NCBI GenBank assembly: GCA_014905635.1 | Contig: JABVCE010000018.1 | Location: 186,001-250,000, forward strand | DNA from: Scenedesmus sp. PABB004 | Lineage: Eukaryota | Direction: 5' to 3' | Length of the DNA stretch: 64,000 bases | Part shown: positions 20,170 through 33,460 of the stretch, piece by piece | Numbering within the stretch: the stretch's first letter is position 1 | Layout: each line of letters begins with the position of its first letter | Notes under the pieces: model-generated | Told to the model about the DNA's origin: nothing | What the model saw: only the letters and a program-made list of their open reading frames with translations | Databases searched by the model: none | Position numbers and translations under genes: made by a program

Positions 20170-20944
20170 TCCGCGTGCAGCGTGGCGCGGCCTCAGCGGT
20201 CCATGGCGGCGCGCCGCGGCACGATCAGTGCTAGCGCAGCGCACCCGGGCGCGCGCTCGGGGCTGGGCGCGCCGCGCGGGTTCAAACAAAGCTGCCGCGC
20301 TCTCTGCGGGTGCTGCCCCCGCCCCAGGCGGCCGCGCGGGGCCGGTCGTCGCACACGGCAGCCGGTGCGCCCTGCCGCTCCAGGCGCGGTGGCTGCCGGC
20401 GCCGCCGCTGCCACGAGCGCGCGCCCGCGCACGCGCGACCCGGCGTCCGCCTGCGACCGGCGTCCGCCGGCGAGCTCGTGTCCTCGGTCGGTCACACAGG
20501 CAGGTCCATCCCCCCCACCACCCACCCACCACCCGCAGCAGGGCGCGCTCGACAAAACTGGGCGCGCGGGCCGCGCGGGCCGAGCGCCGCGCGCACGCGC
20601 GCGGCGCGCCGGCCGCCTGCGAGGTGCTCACACCTGCCCCGTGTATATGCAGAGGGCAGGCCTGCTCGCCGATCCCGGCGCGAGCAGCCCACCGCCGCCG
20701 GCGCAGCCGCGCGCGGCCGCCCCGCCCGCCCCGCCCCGGCGCCGTCAGCGGCGCCGCACGCCCGCCCCTGCCCTGCCCCGCCCCGCCCCGCCCTCGCCCG
20801 CCCGACTAAGCACGCACTGCCAGCTGCCTAGGCGCCCCGGCCACGCCCCCGCCGTCCCGCGCCGCTGCGCACGCAGCGGCGCGCAGCACGCAGCCTCGCG
20901 CGCGCGCGCAGCGCCGCACGCGCGCACAGCGCGCTGCTGCCGCC

Positions 20945-23900
20945 TCACGCCTTGACGCCCTCCTCGCCGCCGTCGAGCAGCTTGCCCGCCGCGGCCGCGG
21001 CGGCGGCGTTGGGCCCCATGCAGCTCCGCGCGACGCTCTCGAAGAGGCGCTCGATCTCCGGCGCGCAGCGCGTGAAGCCGTGCTGCCAGAACGCGTAGCG
21101 AGGGTTCTTAATGAGCTCGATGAAGGTGATCAGCAGGCCCCAGGGGTGCGGGCGGTTGACGATGAGCCGTTCGAGCAGCACGCGCGTGACCTGCGCGCGC
21201 ACCTCCTCGCCGCCGCCGTCGCGCGGCGCGTCGGCGAAGAGGCCGAGCAGCACGCACGAGAAGTAGTGCGTGTGCGCGTTGGGGTAGCGCAGCTGGTTGG
21301 CGACCGCGTTCAGCAGCAGGTAGCGGCCCTCGGGGTCGAGCTCGCCCACGAGCCGCCCCAGCAGCTCCATCGGCGGGCTGCCCGGCGCCGGCGGCGCGCC
21401 GGGCGGGCGCGCCGCGGCGACGTAGAGCACCAGCCCCGCGAGCAGCGGGCTGCTGTAGCGCGGCGCGTGCGCCGCCGCCGCGCCGCCAGGGCCGCCCGGC
21501 GGCGGCGCGCCGCCGTCGGCCTGCAGCATCGCGATCAGCGCCGCGACGCCCGCCGCGGGTAGGCCGCGCCCCGGGCCGGCGCGGCCCGGCGGCGGCGGCG
21601 CCGCCGGCGGCGGCGCCGCCGCGACCGCGAGCAGCGCGTCGACCGCGGCCGCGAGCGGCCGCGGGAGCAGCTTGTCGGGCGGCGGCACGCCGCGCGGCGG
21701 CGCCGCGATCTCGGGCAGCAGGTCGACCTTGAGGTTGGGCGTGAAGGGGTCGGGCAGGCGCATGTTGCGGGGAAAGGCGGAGAGGATGAGGTTGCGCATC
21801 TGGATCGCCGGCGGCGGGATGGCCTCGCAGAGGCGGAACTGGTGCTCGCAGAGGAACTCCGGGAAGTCGTGCAGCAGCACGAGCAGCAGGCGCAGCGTGC
21901 CCTTGTACAGCAGGCGCAGCGGCTCGGTGAGCTCCGCGCCGCGCAGCGCCGGCTCCAGGAAGCTCAGCAGGCCGACGAGCAGCGCCTCGAACAGCGGCCA
22001 GCCCGCGCCGCCGGGGGCCATGAGCAGGCGGGGCATGAACGCGCGGTGCGCGAGCACCTCCAGGTACGCGTACGCAAAGCCCGGCACGCCCGCCGGCGCG
22101 AGCGTGAGCAGGGCGAGGCCGATGCAGCGCAGGTAGCGCGGCGGCGCGCCGCCCGCGGCGGCGCCGGCGGCGCGCCGTTGGCGCCGCCCGCGGCCGCGGC
22201 GGCGGCGGCCGCGGCCGCCGCGTCCTCGAGCGGCCCCAGCTCGCTCGCGAGGCCGAGCAGGAGGCGGAGGTAGGGGCGCGCGTTGAACGCGCCGGCCTTG
22301 TCCTCGGCGTCGCGGCGCAGCAGGCACACGGTGACCGCGAGCGCACGCGACAGGAACGCCTCGCCGCCGCCGTGCGCCGCCACGAGGCAGACGACGAGCC
22401 GCACGAGCGGGTCGACCGCGAGGAAGCTCAGCGGCCCCGGCGCGGCGCTGCCGTCGGGGCGCGGCGTCGGCGCCTCGCTCTGCAGGCAGTGGTTGACCGC
22501 GAGCTCGACGAGGATGCGCAGCATGCGGTCGGTCGCGTCGTCCATGCCGAGCAGGCCCGCGGCGCGGAGCTGGCCCACAAACGCGGCGTGCACGCGCTCC
22601 TCGGGCGCCGCCATCGCGCGGCGCGCAAAGTCCTCGAACAGCTGCGCGACCTGCTGGTGGAAGCCCGGCGGGTCGGCCTTGTCGCGCAGGCCGGGCAGGT
22701 CGGGCAGGCCCGCGCGGCCCGCCGCGCGGCCGCGGCTCGCGGCGCGCGCGGCGCTGAGGAGCTGCAGGATGCCCTCGTTGTTGCCCGCCGCCGCGGAGAG
22801 CTTGCCGAGGAGGTCGAGCGAGAGGCTGACGTCGGCGTAGCCGGCGAGGCCGTCCTTGACCGCGCGCGCGAGCAGCACGGCAAAGTCGCCGGCCGCCTGC
22901 GTGCGCGTCTGCAGCAGCACCTTGGCGAGGTGCGCGTCGACCTCCGGCAGGCTCAGCAGGCCCTGGCGCAGCATCGCCTCGCCGACGTCGCGGTTGAACT
23001 TGGCCTCGCTGCCGATGCTGACCCAGAACGCGGTCGCCTCGCCGACCACGCGGCGCCCGCCGGGCGCATCGGGGCCGCCGAGCGCCGCGACGCACGCCGC
23101 GAGCGCCTCGGCGTGCAGCCCCGCGTGCACCTTGGTCAGGCACTCCCACGCGCGGCGGATGATGCGCTTGGCGCAGAAGAGCGTGACCTCCTCGCCGCCG
23201 AGCAGGCCCTTGAACGAGCCCACGACGCCGGCCAGCTCCGGCGCGGCGGCCTCCCACGACGCGCCGGGGTCGCGCGAGAGCACGCCCTGCACCGCGCCGT
23301 CCGCCGAGGCGGTCCAGGTCATGAGGCCCTCGATCAGCGCCGCGCCGTGCAGCGCGCCCTCGGGCAGCCGCGCGTCGGGCTTGTCGGGCGGGCCGCCGCC
23401 GTCCATGCCGGCCTGCGGCGGCGGGCGCGGCGGGCGCGGCGCGGCGCGGACCGGGCGCGTCGGGCGCAGTCGACGCCGGCGGCGGCGCGCGGGCGGGCAG
23501 CGGCGCGCGGCGGCGCCGTAAGAGCGCGCGCGCGCGCGCGCGCGCGCACCTGCAGCGGGCTGCTCGGCGGCACGTGCGGCAGCGGGTGCACGCCGCGCGG
23601 GAGGCGGCCGTAGTCCTCGTACACGCGCTGCTGCGTGGGGTTGCCGGGCTTGGGCTTGAGACTGTCCGGCAGCGCCGCGGGGAACGCGCCTGCGGCCTGG
23701 CTCGCCATCAGCGCGCGGGAGTGGAAGTCCAGCCCGCGCGCGCGCGCGCGCGGGCGCGGGCCTCGTACGCCGCGGCGAGGGACTTGTCGATGTCGCGCAC
23801 GGCCTTGTCGGTCGCGGCGCGCTCGATGATGGTGCACCCGAGGTCGAGGTTGTCGTTCACCAGCAGCTGCGGCGGCGCGGCGCGGAGGCGCGCGGCGAAC

Positions 23901-26900
23901 GCGTGGGCGGCGGGCGGGCGGGCGGGCGGGCGTGGGCGGGAGCTGGGGGGCAGGGGGCGCGCGGGGGCGAGAGGCGCAGCGGGGCGAGGCGCAGCGGGGC
24001 GAGGCGCAGCGGGGCGAGGTACGGCGCGGCGCAGCAGCGGCAGCGGCAGCCGCACCTGCACCGCCTGCTCCAGCGTCGCGGCGTCCATGCTGGGCATGAG
24101 CATCTGGCGCAGCTGGCTGCCGAGGCTCACGCGCAGCGGCTCCTTGCACGTCACGAGCGCGAGGCTGCCGGCGAGGGAGGAGACCATGAGGTGCGCCGCG
24201 GCGCGCAGGCGGCCCTCGTCCGGGTCAGTCGCGTAGTCCTTGGTGACCAGCTCGTAGGTGGTCATGCACGCAATGGTCACGCTGGGAGGGGCGGGGGCGG
24301 GAGGCGGTGGGGGCGGGCGGCGGTGGGCGGGGCGGGGGCGGGGGAGAGAGAGGGCGGAGTGAGAGCGAGTGGGAAGGGGAGAGAGAGGGAGGGAGAGGGA
24401 GGGAGAGAGCGGGGGGAGGCGCGGCGGCGACGAGGAGCCAGGGCGCTGCCGCCCGCGCTGCCGCTCCTGCTGCGCCGCGCGCCCCGGCGGCCCCCTCGCG
24501 CGCGCGCCCCCAGTCCCCCCACCTGCGCTCCACGACGGGCGTGATGATGTCGCACATCGCGCGGTCGACCGCAACGGGCACGAGGCGCTTGAGCCCCAGG
24601 CGCTCCGCGAGGACGCCGAGCTGCGGGCTGATCTGCACGTACGCGTGCAGCTTGGTGAGCAGCCCGGGCTCCGCCGCCGACGCGGCCGCGCCGGCGCCGA
24701 GCCCGGCGGGCGACGCGGCGCCGCCGGGCGACGCGCCGGGGCGCCCGGGCCGCCGGGCTTGCCGTCGGCGCCGCCCGTCGGCGGCGTGCCCGGCGGCCCG
24801 CCGAGCCCGCCCGGCGGCGGCGTGAGCGCCGGCGGCGCGCCCGGCGGCACGAGCGCGGGGTTGAGCCCCGCGCCCGTCGGCGCCTTGGCCTCGGGCAGCG
24901 CGCTGAAGTCGGGGTTGTGCAGCTGCAGGCGCGGGAGGTCGCGCAGCGCGGTGCTCGGGCAGACGTCGGCGAGGGACACCTCAAAGGTCTTGAAGGTCAT
25001 CTCGATCACAAAGCTTATGTTGAGCTTGAGCCGCGGCATGCCGTGGATCTCGGCCAGCAGCGAGAGGATGCCTGCGACCATGGGGTTGGTCGCCTTGAAG
25101 ACCTGCGGGCGCGTGCGTGCATGCGTGCGCGTGTGTGTGGGGGGAGGGGGGCACCGGGGGCGCGTGTGAGGGCGCACGGGCCGACGCGGCGCGGCGGCGC
25201 GCGGGCCGGCGGCGCGCGGGCCGAGGGGCGCTGGGCGCTGCGCGCTGCGCGCTGCGCGCGCGCCGCGCGTCGTGTCGCGCGCCCCGCGCGTCACCTTGGA
25301 GTCCTTGCAGCCGGCGAGGACCTTCTCCACAAACGGGAGCACCGCGATCATGCGGCCGCGCGTGTACGCGTCGGCGACGAGGCCCTTGAGGTCCATGTCG
25401 CGCGCGAGGACGGGCTTGTTCTTGGCAAAGGTCAGCAGCCCGAGCCAACTCCCGAGCTGCTTGATGAGCGTGCGCTCGTTGGTCTGCGTGATCGCGCGGT
25501 CGCTCTCCAGCAGCGCGCGGCAGTAGTAGTAGGTCGTCGCCAGCACCGTGCGCGCGAGCTCGCGGTGCCCGAGCGACTCGACGAGCAGCACGTACGTGCG
25601 GTGGTGGTTGGGCTCCTGCGCGGCGCGGCGCGCGGCGTGCGCGGCCGGGGCGTGAGCGGGGCGGCGGCGCGAGCGGCGCGCCGCCGCGCCGCGCGCGCCT
25701 GCGCCCCCTCCCTGCCCCGCCCCTCCCCGCCGCCGCCCGCCGCCCCGCCGCCCGCCCCAGCCCCGCGCGCGCGGCGCCCAGGCCGCACCTGCGCGGCGCG
25801 CTTGACGACGAGGTAGTTTGCAAACCACTCGACGTAGTCCGGGATGATCACGCCGCCGAGGTCGCGCGCCTTGGCGGGCATGTTGTCGAGCGTGAGGTTG
25901 TTCATGAGGAAGGACACCTTGTCGGTCAGCGCGTCGCCCGGCGCGGCCGCGTCGGCGCGCTTGCGCTCCGCGACGTCGAGCGTCTCGTTGTTCATTGTCA
26001 TGTTGAGCGTCATGCGCTCAAACTGGCTCGGCTTGTCGTTCAGCGCCGCCGCCGCGGCGGCCTGCGCGACGTTGGCGTTGCTGATGATCTCGCGCAGGTT
26101 CTCGCCCGTGTCGAGGCTGCCGCCGCCGGTGCTGCCGCCCGCGCCGGCCTTGCCGCCGCCCACGCTCTTGGCCGCCGGCGCGGCGCCGGCCTTGGCCGCG
26201 CCGCCCGCCGGCGGGTCGCCCGCCTTGGCGCCGGCCTTGGCGCCCGCTGCCGGCGGCTGCTGCGGCTGCTGCTGCTGCTGTGGCTGCTGCTGCTCGGCCT
26301 TGCCCACGCCGTTGGGCACCGCCTCGCCCTGCTTGGCCTCGCCCGCGCCGGCGCCGGCGCCGGCTTCGCCGCCCGCCGCCGCCGGCGGCGCGGTCAGCGC
26401 GCCCGCGAGGTCGCCGCTGTCGTGCGCGCCCGCGGCGCCGGCGGCGCCGCCGTCGCCGGCGCCGCCGCCGGCGCCGTCGCCGCCCGCGGCGCGGACGACC
26501 TTCTCCATGTACGCCACGAGCGGCGCGTCGACGGCGCGGAGGTGCGGGATCGCGAGCGCGCGCTCGCAGAACTTGGGCCACAGGTGCAGCTCGCTCTTGA
26601 ACTGCGCGATCGCGCCGAGGCCGAAGCGGAACATCTTGCTCGCCGGCGGCTGCCCGAGCGCCTGCAGCACGTGGCGCAGCGCCATGCCGAGCGTGATGTT
26701 GGTGAGCAGCTGGTGGTGCAGCAGCGCGCCGAAGAGCGCCGCCGTGGTGTCGAGCTCGGGGTCTGGGTAGTTGGGGAAGAAGCGGTACTCGTCAAACAGG
26801 TTGTGCACCATGCACGCAAACACGACCTGCGCGCGCGCGTGTGTGCGTGTGCGACGCGGCGCGGGCGCACGGGCGCGAGGGGCGTGAGGGGCGAGCGGGG

Positions 26901-28794
26901 CGCGCGAGGGGCCGCGCCGCGGCACGGAGCAGACGGGCAGGGAGGGAGGGCGCGGCGCGGCACAGCGCGCGGCGCGGCACAGCGCGCAGCGCAGCGCGGC
27001 GCGGCGCGGCGCGGCGCGGCGTGGCGCGGCGTGGCGCGCGCGCCTGCTGGTGCGGCGTGCCGGTCTTGAATGCCTTGAGCTGGCCCACAAGCTCGCCGAC
27101 GGGCTGGCGCTCGTGGTAGAGGCGCTGGAAGTAGCTGTTGGCCTCGAGCTCCACCGCCTCGGGGAAGCCGCCGCCGCCGACGGCGGCGAGCCCGCTCTCG
27201 GCCGCGCCCGCGCCGAGCGCGCTCGCCGCCGCGGCCGCGAGCGCCGCCTCGGCGCCGGGGAAGGCCTTGCGCGCGAGCTCAAACGCGCGCGCGAGCTGCG
27301 CGGCGAGGCCGGGCACGGCGCCCGCGCCCGCGGTGACGAGGCCGCGCAGGAACGCGGTCGTCGCGTCCGCGCCGAGCGGCGACGCGGGCGGGCCGCCCGC
27401 ACTGCCGCGCCCCGGCGGCGCGGCGGGCGCGGGCGGGAGCCGGCCCTCCGCGATCGCGCCGAGCTGCACCTCCAGGAACGTCAGCGCGCCGGCCATGAAC
27501 AGCCCGCTGCTCGCGTCGCGCGCGAGGCGGCCGGCGAGCCACTTGTCGAGGTCGACCAGCTTCCGCCCCGCCGCGAGCGCCGCGAGCTCGACCGCGAGCG
27601 GCGGCGGCGACGCGTCGAGCGCGCTGGTGAGGCCCTTGAGCTCCAGGACCACGTCCAGCAGCTCGTTGCCGCGGCCCGGGCGCTCCGCGAGCGACTCGGC
27701 CATGCAGCCGAGCAGCGCGGCGGGGCGCGTCGACCACAGGCGGCCGAGCAGCGCGGACCGGCCGCCCGACGGCGCGCCGTCGAAGAGCAGCGGCGCGCCG
27801 ACGCTGACCCAGACAAAGCGCTCGAGCACGCCCCACGCCGTGTCGTGCGGGCCGCGCAGCAGCGCCGTCGACGCGACGAGCACCTCGGGGCACGCCGCCG
27901 CAGGGCCGCGGCGCAGCAGCTCCACCACGCCGCCCGCGAGCGCGGGCGCCTCGGCGAGCTGCGCGAGCGTCGCGAGCAGGTCGAGGCTCGCCCAGGCCTG
28001 GTTGGGCGTGCCGAGCGGGCTCTTGCCCTGGCCCATGCCCTCGAGCGGCGGCGCGCGCTTGGCGCTGCGCTCCCAGCTCAGCACGTCGGGCGGCGCCGCG
28101 ACGGCCTGCGCGAGCAGCGAGAGCTGCCCCGCGCCGTTGGCCCACACGCGGCCGACGATCGCGTGCAGCGGGAAGGGCTCCGGCGTCGCGCGCCGCCACG
28201 CGGCCATGAGCGCGCTAAACCCCGCGGCGTCGGGGACCGCAAAGCCCTCGTAGTCGAGCGCCTCGGCCACGCGCGGCCAGGAGAGCCCCGGCGCGGCGGC
28301 TTTGATGCAGTCGACGACCACGCCCGTGTTCCAGCCCCCCGCGCCGCCGGCCGCGGCGGCGCCGCCGCCCGGCGCGGGGCCGGAGAGCGAGAGCACCGCG
28401 CGCATCGCGTCGGCGAGGCCGAGCGCGTCGGGCTCGAGGCCCTTGGCCGTGCCCGCGAGCAGGCCGAGCACCTCGGCGACCGCGGGCTCATCGAGGCGGC
28501 CCCCGTACTGGCCGAGCAGCGCCGTGAAGCCCTCCGGGCTGGACGCGCAGCTGTAGCCCAGCTCGCGCATGACGCCCGCGAGCTTGTGCTTCGCGGCCAG
28601 GGGCGGCCCGCCGGCCGCCCCCGCGCCGCTGCCCCGCGACGGCGGCAGCTTGTCGACCGCCGCAAACGCGCCGCTGCCGGCCAGCAGCGCCGCTAACGGC
28701 ACGCGCGCCCGCGGCTGCTCCTGACGCTCCGGCTGCGCGCCGCGCGCGCCGCCTGCACTGGTGGGGTGGGGCTGCGCGCCGGCGCCGCCAGCAT
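20945..28794 (-). CDS. CNOT1: CCR4-NOT complex scaffold subunit NOT1
   Basis: Motifs MRELGYSC, EANSYFQRLY, NLFDEYRFFPNYPD, CAF1-binding MIF4G (DKVSFLMNNL..WFANYLVVKRAAQEPNHH), SLAGSLALVTCKEPLR, LLVLLHDFPEFLCEH, RLPDPFTPNLKVDLLPEI and ERLIVNRPHPWGLLITFIEL. The start is uncertain (28794 with a 2-nt correction, or 28570). Several apparent 2-nt frameshifts. Confidence 0.96.
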
Positions 28795-29596
28795 TCTGCG
28801 GCGCAGCAGCAGCGGCCGGCGGCGGCGCTGCTGCCGGCGCTCCGCTGCCGCCCGGGCGCAGGTCGCCCGAGCCGCCCGAAGGACCACGCGTCGCCCCGGG
28901 CTCGCTCGGCCTGCGGGGAGCGCCCCGGCGGGCGGCGGGGGCGGGGGGAGGGCGTGGATTCGCTTTCGCCCGGGCGGTTTGCGCCCTGCGCGCCCCCTGC
29001 GGCCCCGCGGCAGCGGCGCGGCGCGGCCCCGGGTTCTCGGGCGGCCTGCGCGCCGCACCTGGCGGCCGGCAGCTCGGATCTAGCCGTGCAGGCGCCGCGA
29101 GCCGAGATGGCCTCGGCGACGGCGCCCCAGGCCCGCGCCGGGCTCGCGGAGTGGCCCGGGGGCAGGAGGTGCCCCTGGGATCGATGAACCCGTCACCGCC
29201 GGCTCGCGAGGGACGCGCGTGGCGACGCGCCGGGGCGGTGGGCCGGGGGGCCCGCTGCGAGCGCTGCGTGCGCTCGCGCCGTGCGTGGGGAGAGGGTGGA
29301 GGACGATGCTGGGGCGCCGGCGGGCTGCGCGGAGGAGGGCCGAGCGGCGGCGCAGCGGCGGCAGCGACGGGGCGCAGCGCCGCCGAGCCCCGCGCGCGGG
29401 CCGGGGCGGCGCCGGCGGCGGCGGTGGCCGTCACACGTCCGGCCCGGTCTCCCAGGCCCGCCCGCCCGCGCACGCCCCGCCTCGGCTGCACCCGCGCCCG
29501 CGCCGCGGCGGGCGCACGCCGCTGATCTCTTCCGCCGGCGCGCCTCGCGCAGCGCGTGCCGCTCGGCCCCTTTCTCCCGCCGCCGCTTCGCTGGCC

Positions 29597-31795
29597 ATGG
29601 GCTGGGTGGACATCCCAGGCGCGCCCCCGGCCGGGGGCGGGCGCATGCGCGCGAGCCTGCTGCTCGAGCCCGCCGAGCTCGCCGCCACGGTCGACCTGCT
29701 CAAGGGCGCGCTCCAGGAGCTCACCGCGGGCCTGCCCAACGGCCTGGCGCCCGCGGGAGAGGCGGCGACGCCCGCGGCGGCGGCGGGCGCCGCATCAGCA
29801 GCGGCCGCGGCGCAGCAGCAGCGCGCGGCGGCGGCGCCCGCGCCCGCGGCGCCCGCGGCGGCCCGCGCGCCGCACGCCGCGCCCCCCAGGTGCGCGCGGC
29901 GGTCGGGGCCGGGGGTGCAAACTGTCGCGCGCCGCGCTCGCTCACGGCCGCCCGCGGCCGTGCCGCCGCTGCGCGCAGGCCGCTGGCACCGGTGCCGGCG
30001 CCGCAGCAGTTTGTGCAGCCCGTGCAGCCGGTGCAGCAGCCGCGCCAGCTGCGCCGCCGCCGAGGCCCGCGCCGCAGCAGCAGTACCAGCAGCCGCCGCC
30101 GCAGCCCGCGCCGCAGCCGCGCCCGCCGCCGCCGCGGCCGGTGGCGTCGCAGCAGCCGCCGCCGCCGCCGCGGCCCATGCCACAGCAGCAGTACCAGCAG
30201 CCGCCCCGGCCCGCGGCGCCGCCGCCCGCCGCCGACGCGGATGCCTGGGGCGCGGTGCTCCAGCGCGCCGCGCCGGTGCCGGCGGCGCCGCCGGCCGCGC
30301 CCGGCGGCGCGCCGAGACGTCGACGCGCTGGCGCGAGTGTTTCGCGACCGACCCGGAGGAGCACGCCGGCGGCGCGGTCACGGCGTTGGCCTACGTGCCG
30401 GAGCTGCCGGGCCTGCCGAGCTTTGACGGCCACGCGGGCTGGCTCGTGACCGGCAGCCGCGGCATGCTCAACCTGTGGGAGGCCAACCGCGCCGCGTCGG
30501 GCGACATGGCGCTCATGGTGCACGCGCTGCGCGTGCTGCGCGCGCTGGGCCGCGCCGGTTGTGCGCTGCGGCAGCAGCCGCCAGCCTGCTGCCGACGGCC
30601 GACCGCTGCCGGCGCCGCCGCGCTGCCGCCGCAGTGCATGCACTCGCGCGCCGTGGGCGTGACGCCGTCCAGGATCGTGGCCGAGCCGCGCACGCAGACG
30701 CTGTTTGCCGTGGGCACCAACCTCTCGGACGGCACCGAGTGCGTGAGCGTGCACAGCGCCGAGCCCGAGGTGCGCCGCAGGCGGGGCGGGCGCCGGCGCC
30801 GCGCCTGTGTCTCGGCGCGCCGCCGGCCGGCCGGCGGCCGCCGAGCGCCGCCCGCTGCCGCCCTGCCCGGCGCAGATGCTGCTGTCGCTGCGCTACCGCT
30901 TCGCGCCGCCGCCGGAGCGCGCGCGCTCGCAGCAGCGCCTCATGCAGCAGGCGCGGCGCCGCCGCCGGCGCGCCGCGCCGCGCGGCCCCTGCCGGCCGCC
31001 GCGCCGCGCCGACGCGCGCGCCGCCCGCCCGCCCGCCGCCCCAGGTCGTGACGGTCCACGGCATCACGCCCGGCCTGTCGCGCTGCGCCATCGCGTCGTA
31101 TGGGGAGCGCCTGCTCATCTTTGAGGCCAAGCCCGAGCTCGGCGAGACGCCGGACGTCGTCGTGCACGCCGCGACGCACCACTTTGTCGCGCACCCCGGC
31201 AGCGTCGTCACCGCGCTGCACCGCGCGCCGCTCGAGGGCAGCTCCACGCTCGCCAGCGGCGCGGCGGACGGCGCGGTGCACCTGTGAGCGCGCGGGCCGC
31301 GCCCGCCCGCCGCCGCATGCCCCGCGCGCCGCGCGCCGCCTGCCGTCACGCGCCGCCCGTCCCTCCCTCGCCCCGCCGCGCAGGTGGGACCTGCGCGCGC
31401 CGCCCAATATGCCGCGCCTGCGCCTCGCGGCGCACGGCGGCGCCGTGACCGGGCTCGAGCTCATCGGCGACGACCGCCTCGTGACGGGCGGCGCCGACGG
31501 GCGCGTGCTGCTCTGGGACTCGCGCGCCGGCGGCGCGGCGCTGCACGCCGCGGCCGCGCCGGGCGGCGCGGGCGTGTCGCGCATCGCGGTCGGGCCGTGG
31601 GGCGACGTCGTCGCCGTGTCGACGCCGCGCGGGCTGCACTGCCTCGAGCTCTTTGACTTTGGCGCGCCCATGACCCACATCGCGCCCTGGCCGCTGCCGC
31701 GCGGCTTCACCGACGTCGCGTTCAACGCTGTCACGCACGACCTCTACGCCGGCGACGCGAGCGGCGCGGTGCGCGTGTTCGCGCGCCTCGCGTGA
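29597..31795 (+). CDS. WD40-repeat protein with Pro/Gln-rich N-terminal region
   Basis: WD repeats HAGGAVTALAYV..WLVTGSRGMLNLWE, AHPGSVVTALH..LASGAADGAVHLWDLR and AHGGAVTGLELIGDDRLVTGGADGRVLLWDSR. GT-AG introns. Confidence 0.88.
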
Positions 31796-32153
31796 CGCGC
31801 GCGGCGTCTGCGCGCGCGCGGGGCAGCGAGCCGAGCGGCCGCGCGCGCGGGCGCCGCGGGCGCCGCGGGTCGATGCGCGGCGCGTGCGAGGAGCAGGGGG
31901 CGCAGGAGGGTTGCCGCAGCGAGCAGGAGGATGGTTAACCGTTGCAGCGTTGCGTCGGCGGCGTAAACCTGCCGCGAGCGCTCGTCGCGGCCGCCAAACC
32001 GCCGCTACAAGCGGCGCGTGGGCTCCGCGCTCCACCCTCCGCGCTCCCCGGTCGCTCCGAGGCCCCACGCGCTCGCACGCGCGCCACCCGCGAGCCGGCT
32101 GACTGCTCTGCCGCGAGCAGCGCCGATCGCGCGCTCGCGCCGCCGGCGCCGGC

Positions 32154-32584
32154 ATGGCGCTGCAGCGTGCCCTGCTCGTTTTCATCGTCATGGTGGGGCC
32201 CAGGGCGCGGCGCCCGCGCGTTCGAGCGGCTGCAGCGCGATCACAGCACCTGCTGCGCCGCCCCGGCAGGTGCTGTGCGCGGCGCCGGCGCGCGGCCAGC
32301 GCGCGCTGCAGCCGTTCGAGGTGTGCCAGCCCAACGCGCCAGCCTGCGGCGAGGGGCTCGCCTGCACGTCAGGGCGCTGCCTGCCCGCCGGGCTCAGCGC
32401 GCGCAACGCCAGCGAGTCAACGCCGGTGACCGTGGCGAATTGCTCGAACGGCGGGTTTGCGCTGGCGAGCCAGTGCCTGCCGGCGCGCACGCAGCGCAGC
32501 AGCACCAACGGCGAGGCCGAGCCTCGGCGCGCACGCTGGGCAGCGGTGGGCGCGGCGGCGCTGGCGCTGGCGGCGGCGCTGTGA
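32154..32584 (+). CDS. Small secreted Cys-rich protein, possibly GPI-anchored
   Basis: Signal peptide MALQRALLVFIVM|VLCAAPARG spans an intron at 32193-32269. The mature part has six Cys and N-glycosylation sequons (NAS, NCS), and ends in a hydrophobic tail WAAVGAAALALAAAL. Confidence 0.72.
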
Positions 32585-32676
32585 GCTGCACGGCGTGCAA
32601 CAATCCCGGACGCCTTACACGCTGCGGCCTGCGTGTCGCAGCAGGCGCGCCACCGCGTGGCGGGTCACCCGGCCCC

Positions 32677-33147
32677 TCAGCCGTCTTGCGCGACCAGCGC
32701 CGGGTGCTGCCGCGCAAACGCCCTGAACCCGCCAGACAATAGCAGCACGGCCGGCGCGCCCCCGCGCCCGCGGCTCGCCAGGCGCGCCGCGAGGATCGCC
32801 GCGCAGCGCGGGCCGCGGATCTGGGAGAGCATGCAGTGCACGACGACGCGCGTCTTGCCGTCCAGCGGGCCGTCGATGAGCGCGTCGACGGCGGCCTCGT
32901 TCTGAAAGGCGAACGAGTCCATGTTGATCGCGCCGGAGATGTGCCCGCCAACAAAGTCCTGCGGCGGCGGGGCGCGCGCCGCGCGGGCGGCATGGGCGGC
33001 GTCGCTGGCCAGCTGCTGGAGCGATGGTGGCGCCGCGCGGCGCGCCGCGCGCACGTCGTCCCGGACGTCCACCACCGCGGTCTCGCCCGCCAGGGGACCG
33101 CTGATGAGCTCAGCCACCGTGGCAGGCTCCACGTAGCGGGGCTCCAT
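32677..33147 (-). CDS. ACR2: Rhodanese-fold arsenate reductase / CDC25-like phosphatase (ACR2 type)
   Basis: VVDVRDD|DFVGGHISGAIN, active site HCMLSQIRGP (HC-x5-R) and LLSGGF. A 96-nt in-frame intron lies at 33054-32959. TGTAA occurs about 60 nt downstream. Confidence 0.9.
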   Translation of the reverse strand: MEPRYVEPATVAELISGPLAGETAVVDVRDDVRAARRAAPPSLQQLASDAAHAARAARAPPPQDFVGGHISGAINMDSFAFQNEAAVDALIDGPLDGKTRVVVHCMLSQIRGPRCAAILAARLASRGRGGAPAVLLLSGGFRAFARQHPALVAQDG

Positions 33148-33460
33148 CGCGCTCGCCCGGCACGCGCCGGCCGCCGACCGCGCAGTCGCTGCTCTCGGCG
33201 GCCGCTGCGCGCGGGCGGCGGTGGCTGCGCTCGTGTCAAGCTGCGTGCAGTGCCCTCAGTGGCTGATGCGCGGGCCGTGGGCGCGAGAGGCGCGCTGTGG
33301 CAGCGCCAGCGGCAGCAGCGGCAGCGGCAGCGCACGCGGCAGCGACACTGGCACGCGGTGCAGCAACGGCCGGGCGGGGCTGCTGGGCGGGGCCGGTAGT
33401 CGTGGTGGCTCCGCCACGCGCAGCAAGGAAAGTCACAGACCGCGCGCTGAGCCCTGGCTC

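Noticed and set aside
20945..28794. CNOT1 as a pseudogene
   Set aside because: Conserved motifs and splice sites are intact. The breaks lie in low-complexity CG runs and fit a systematic error pattern.
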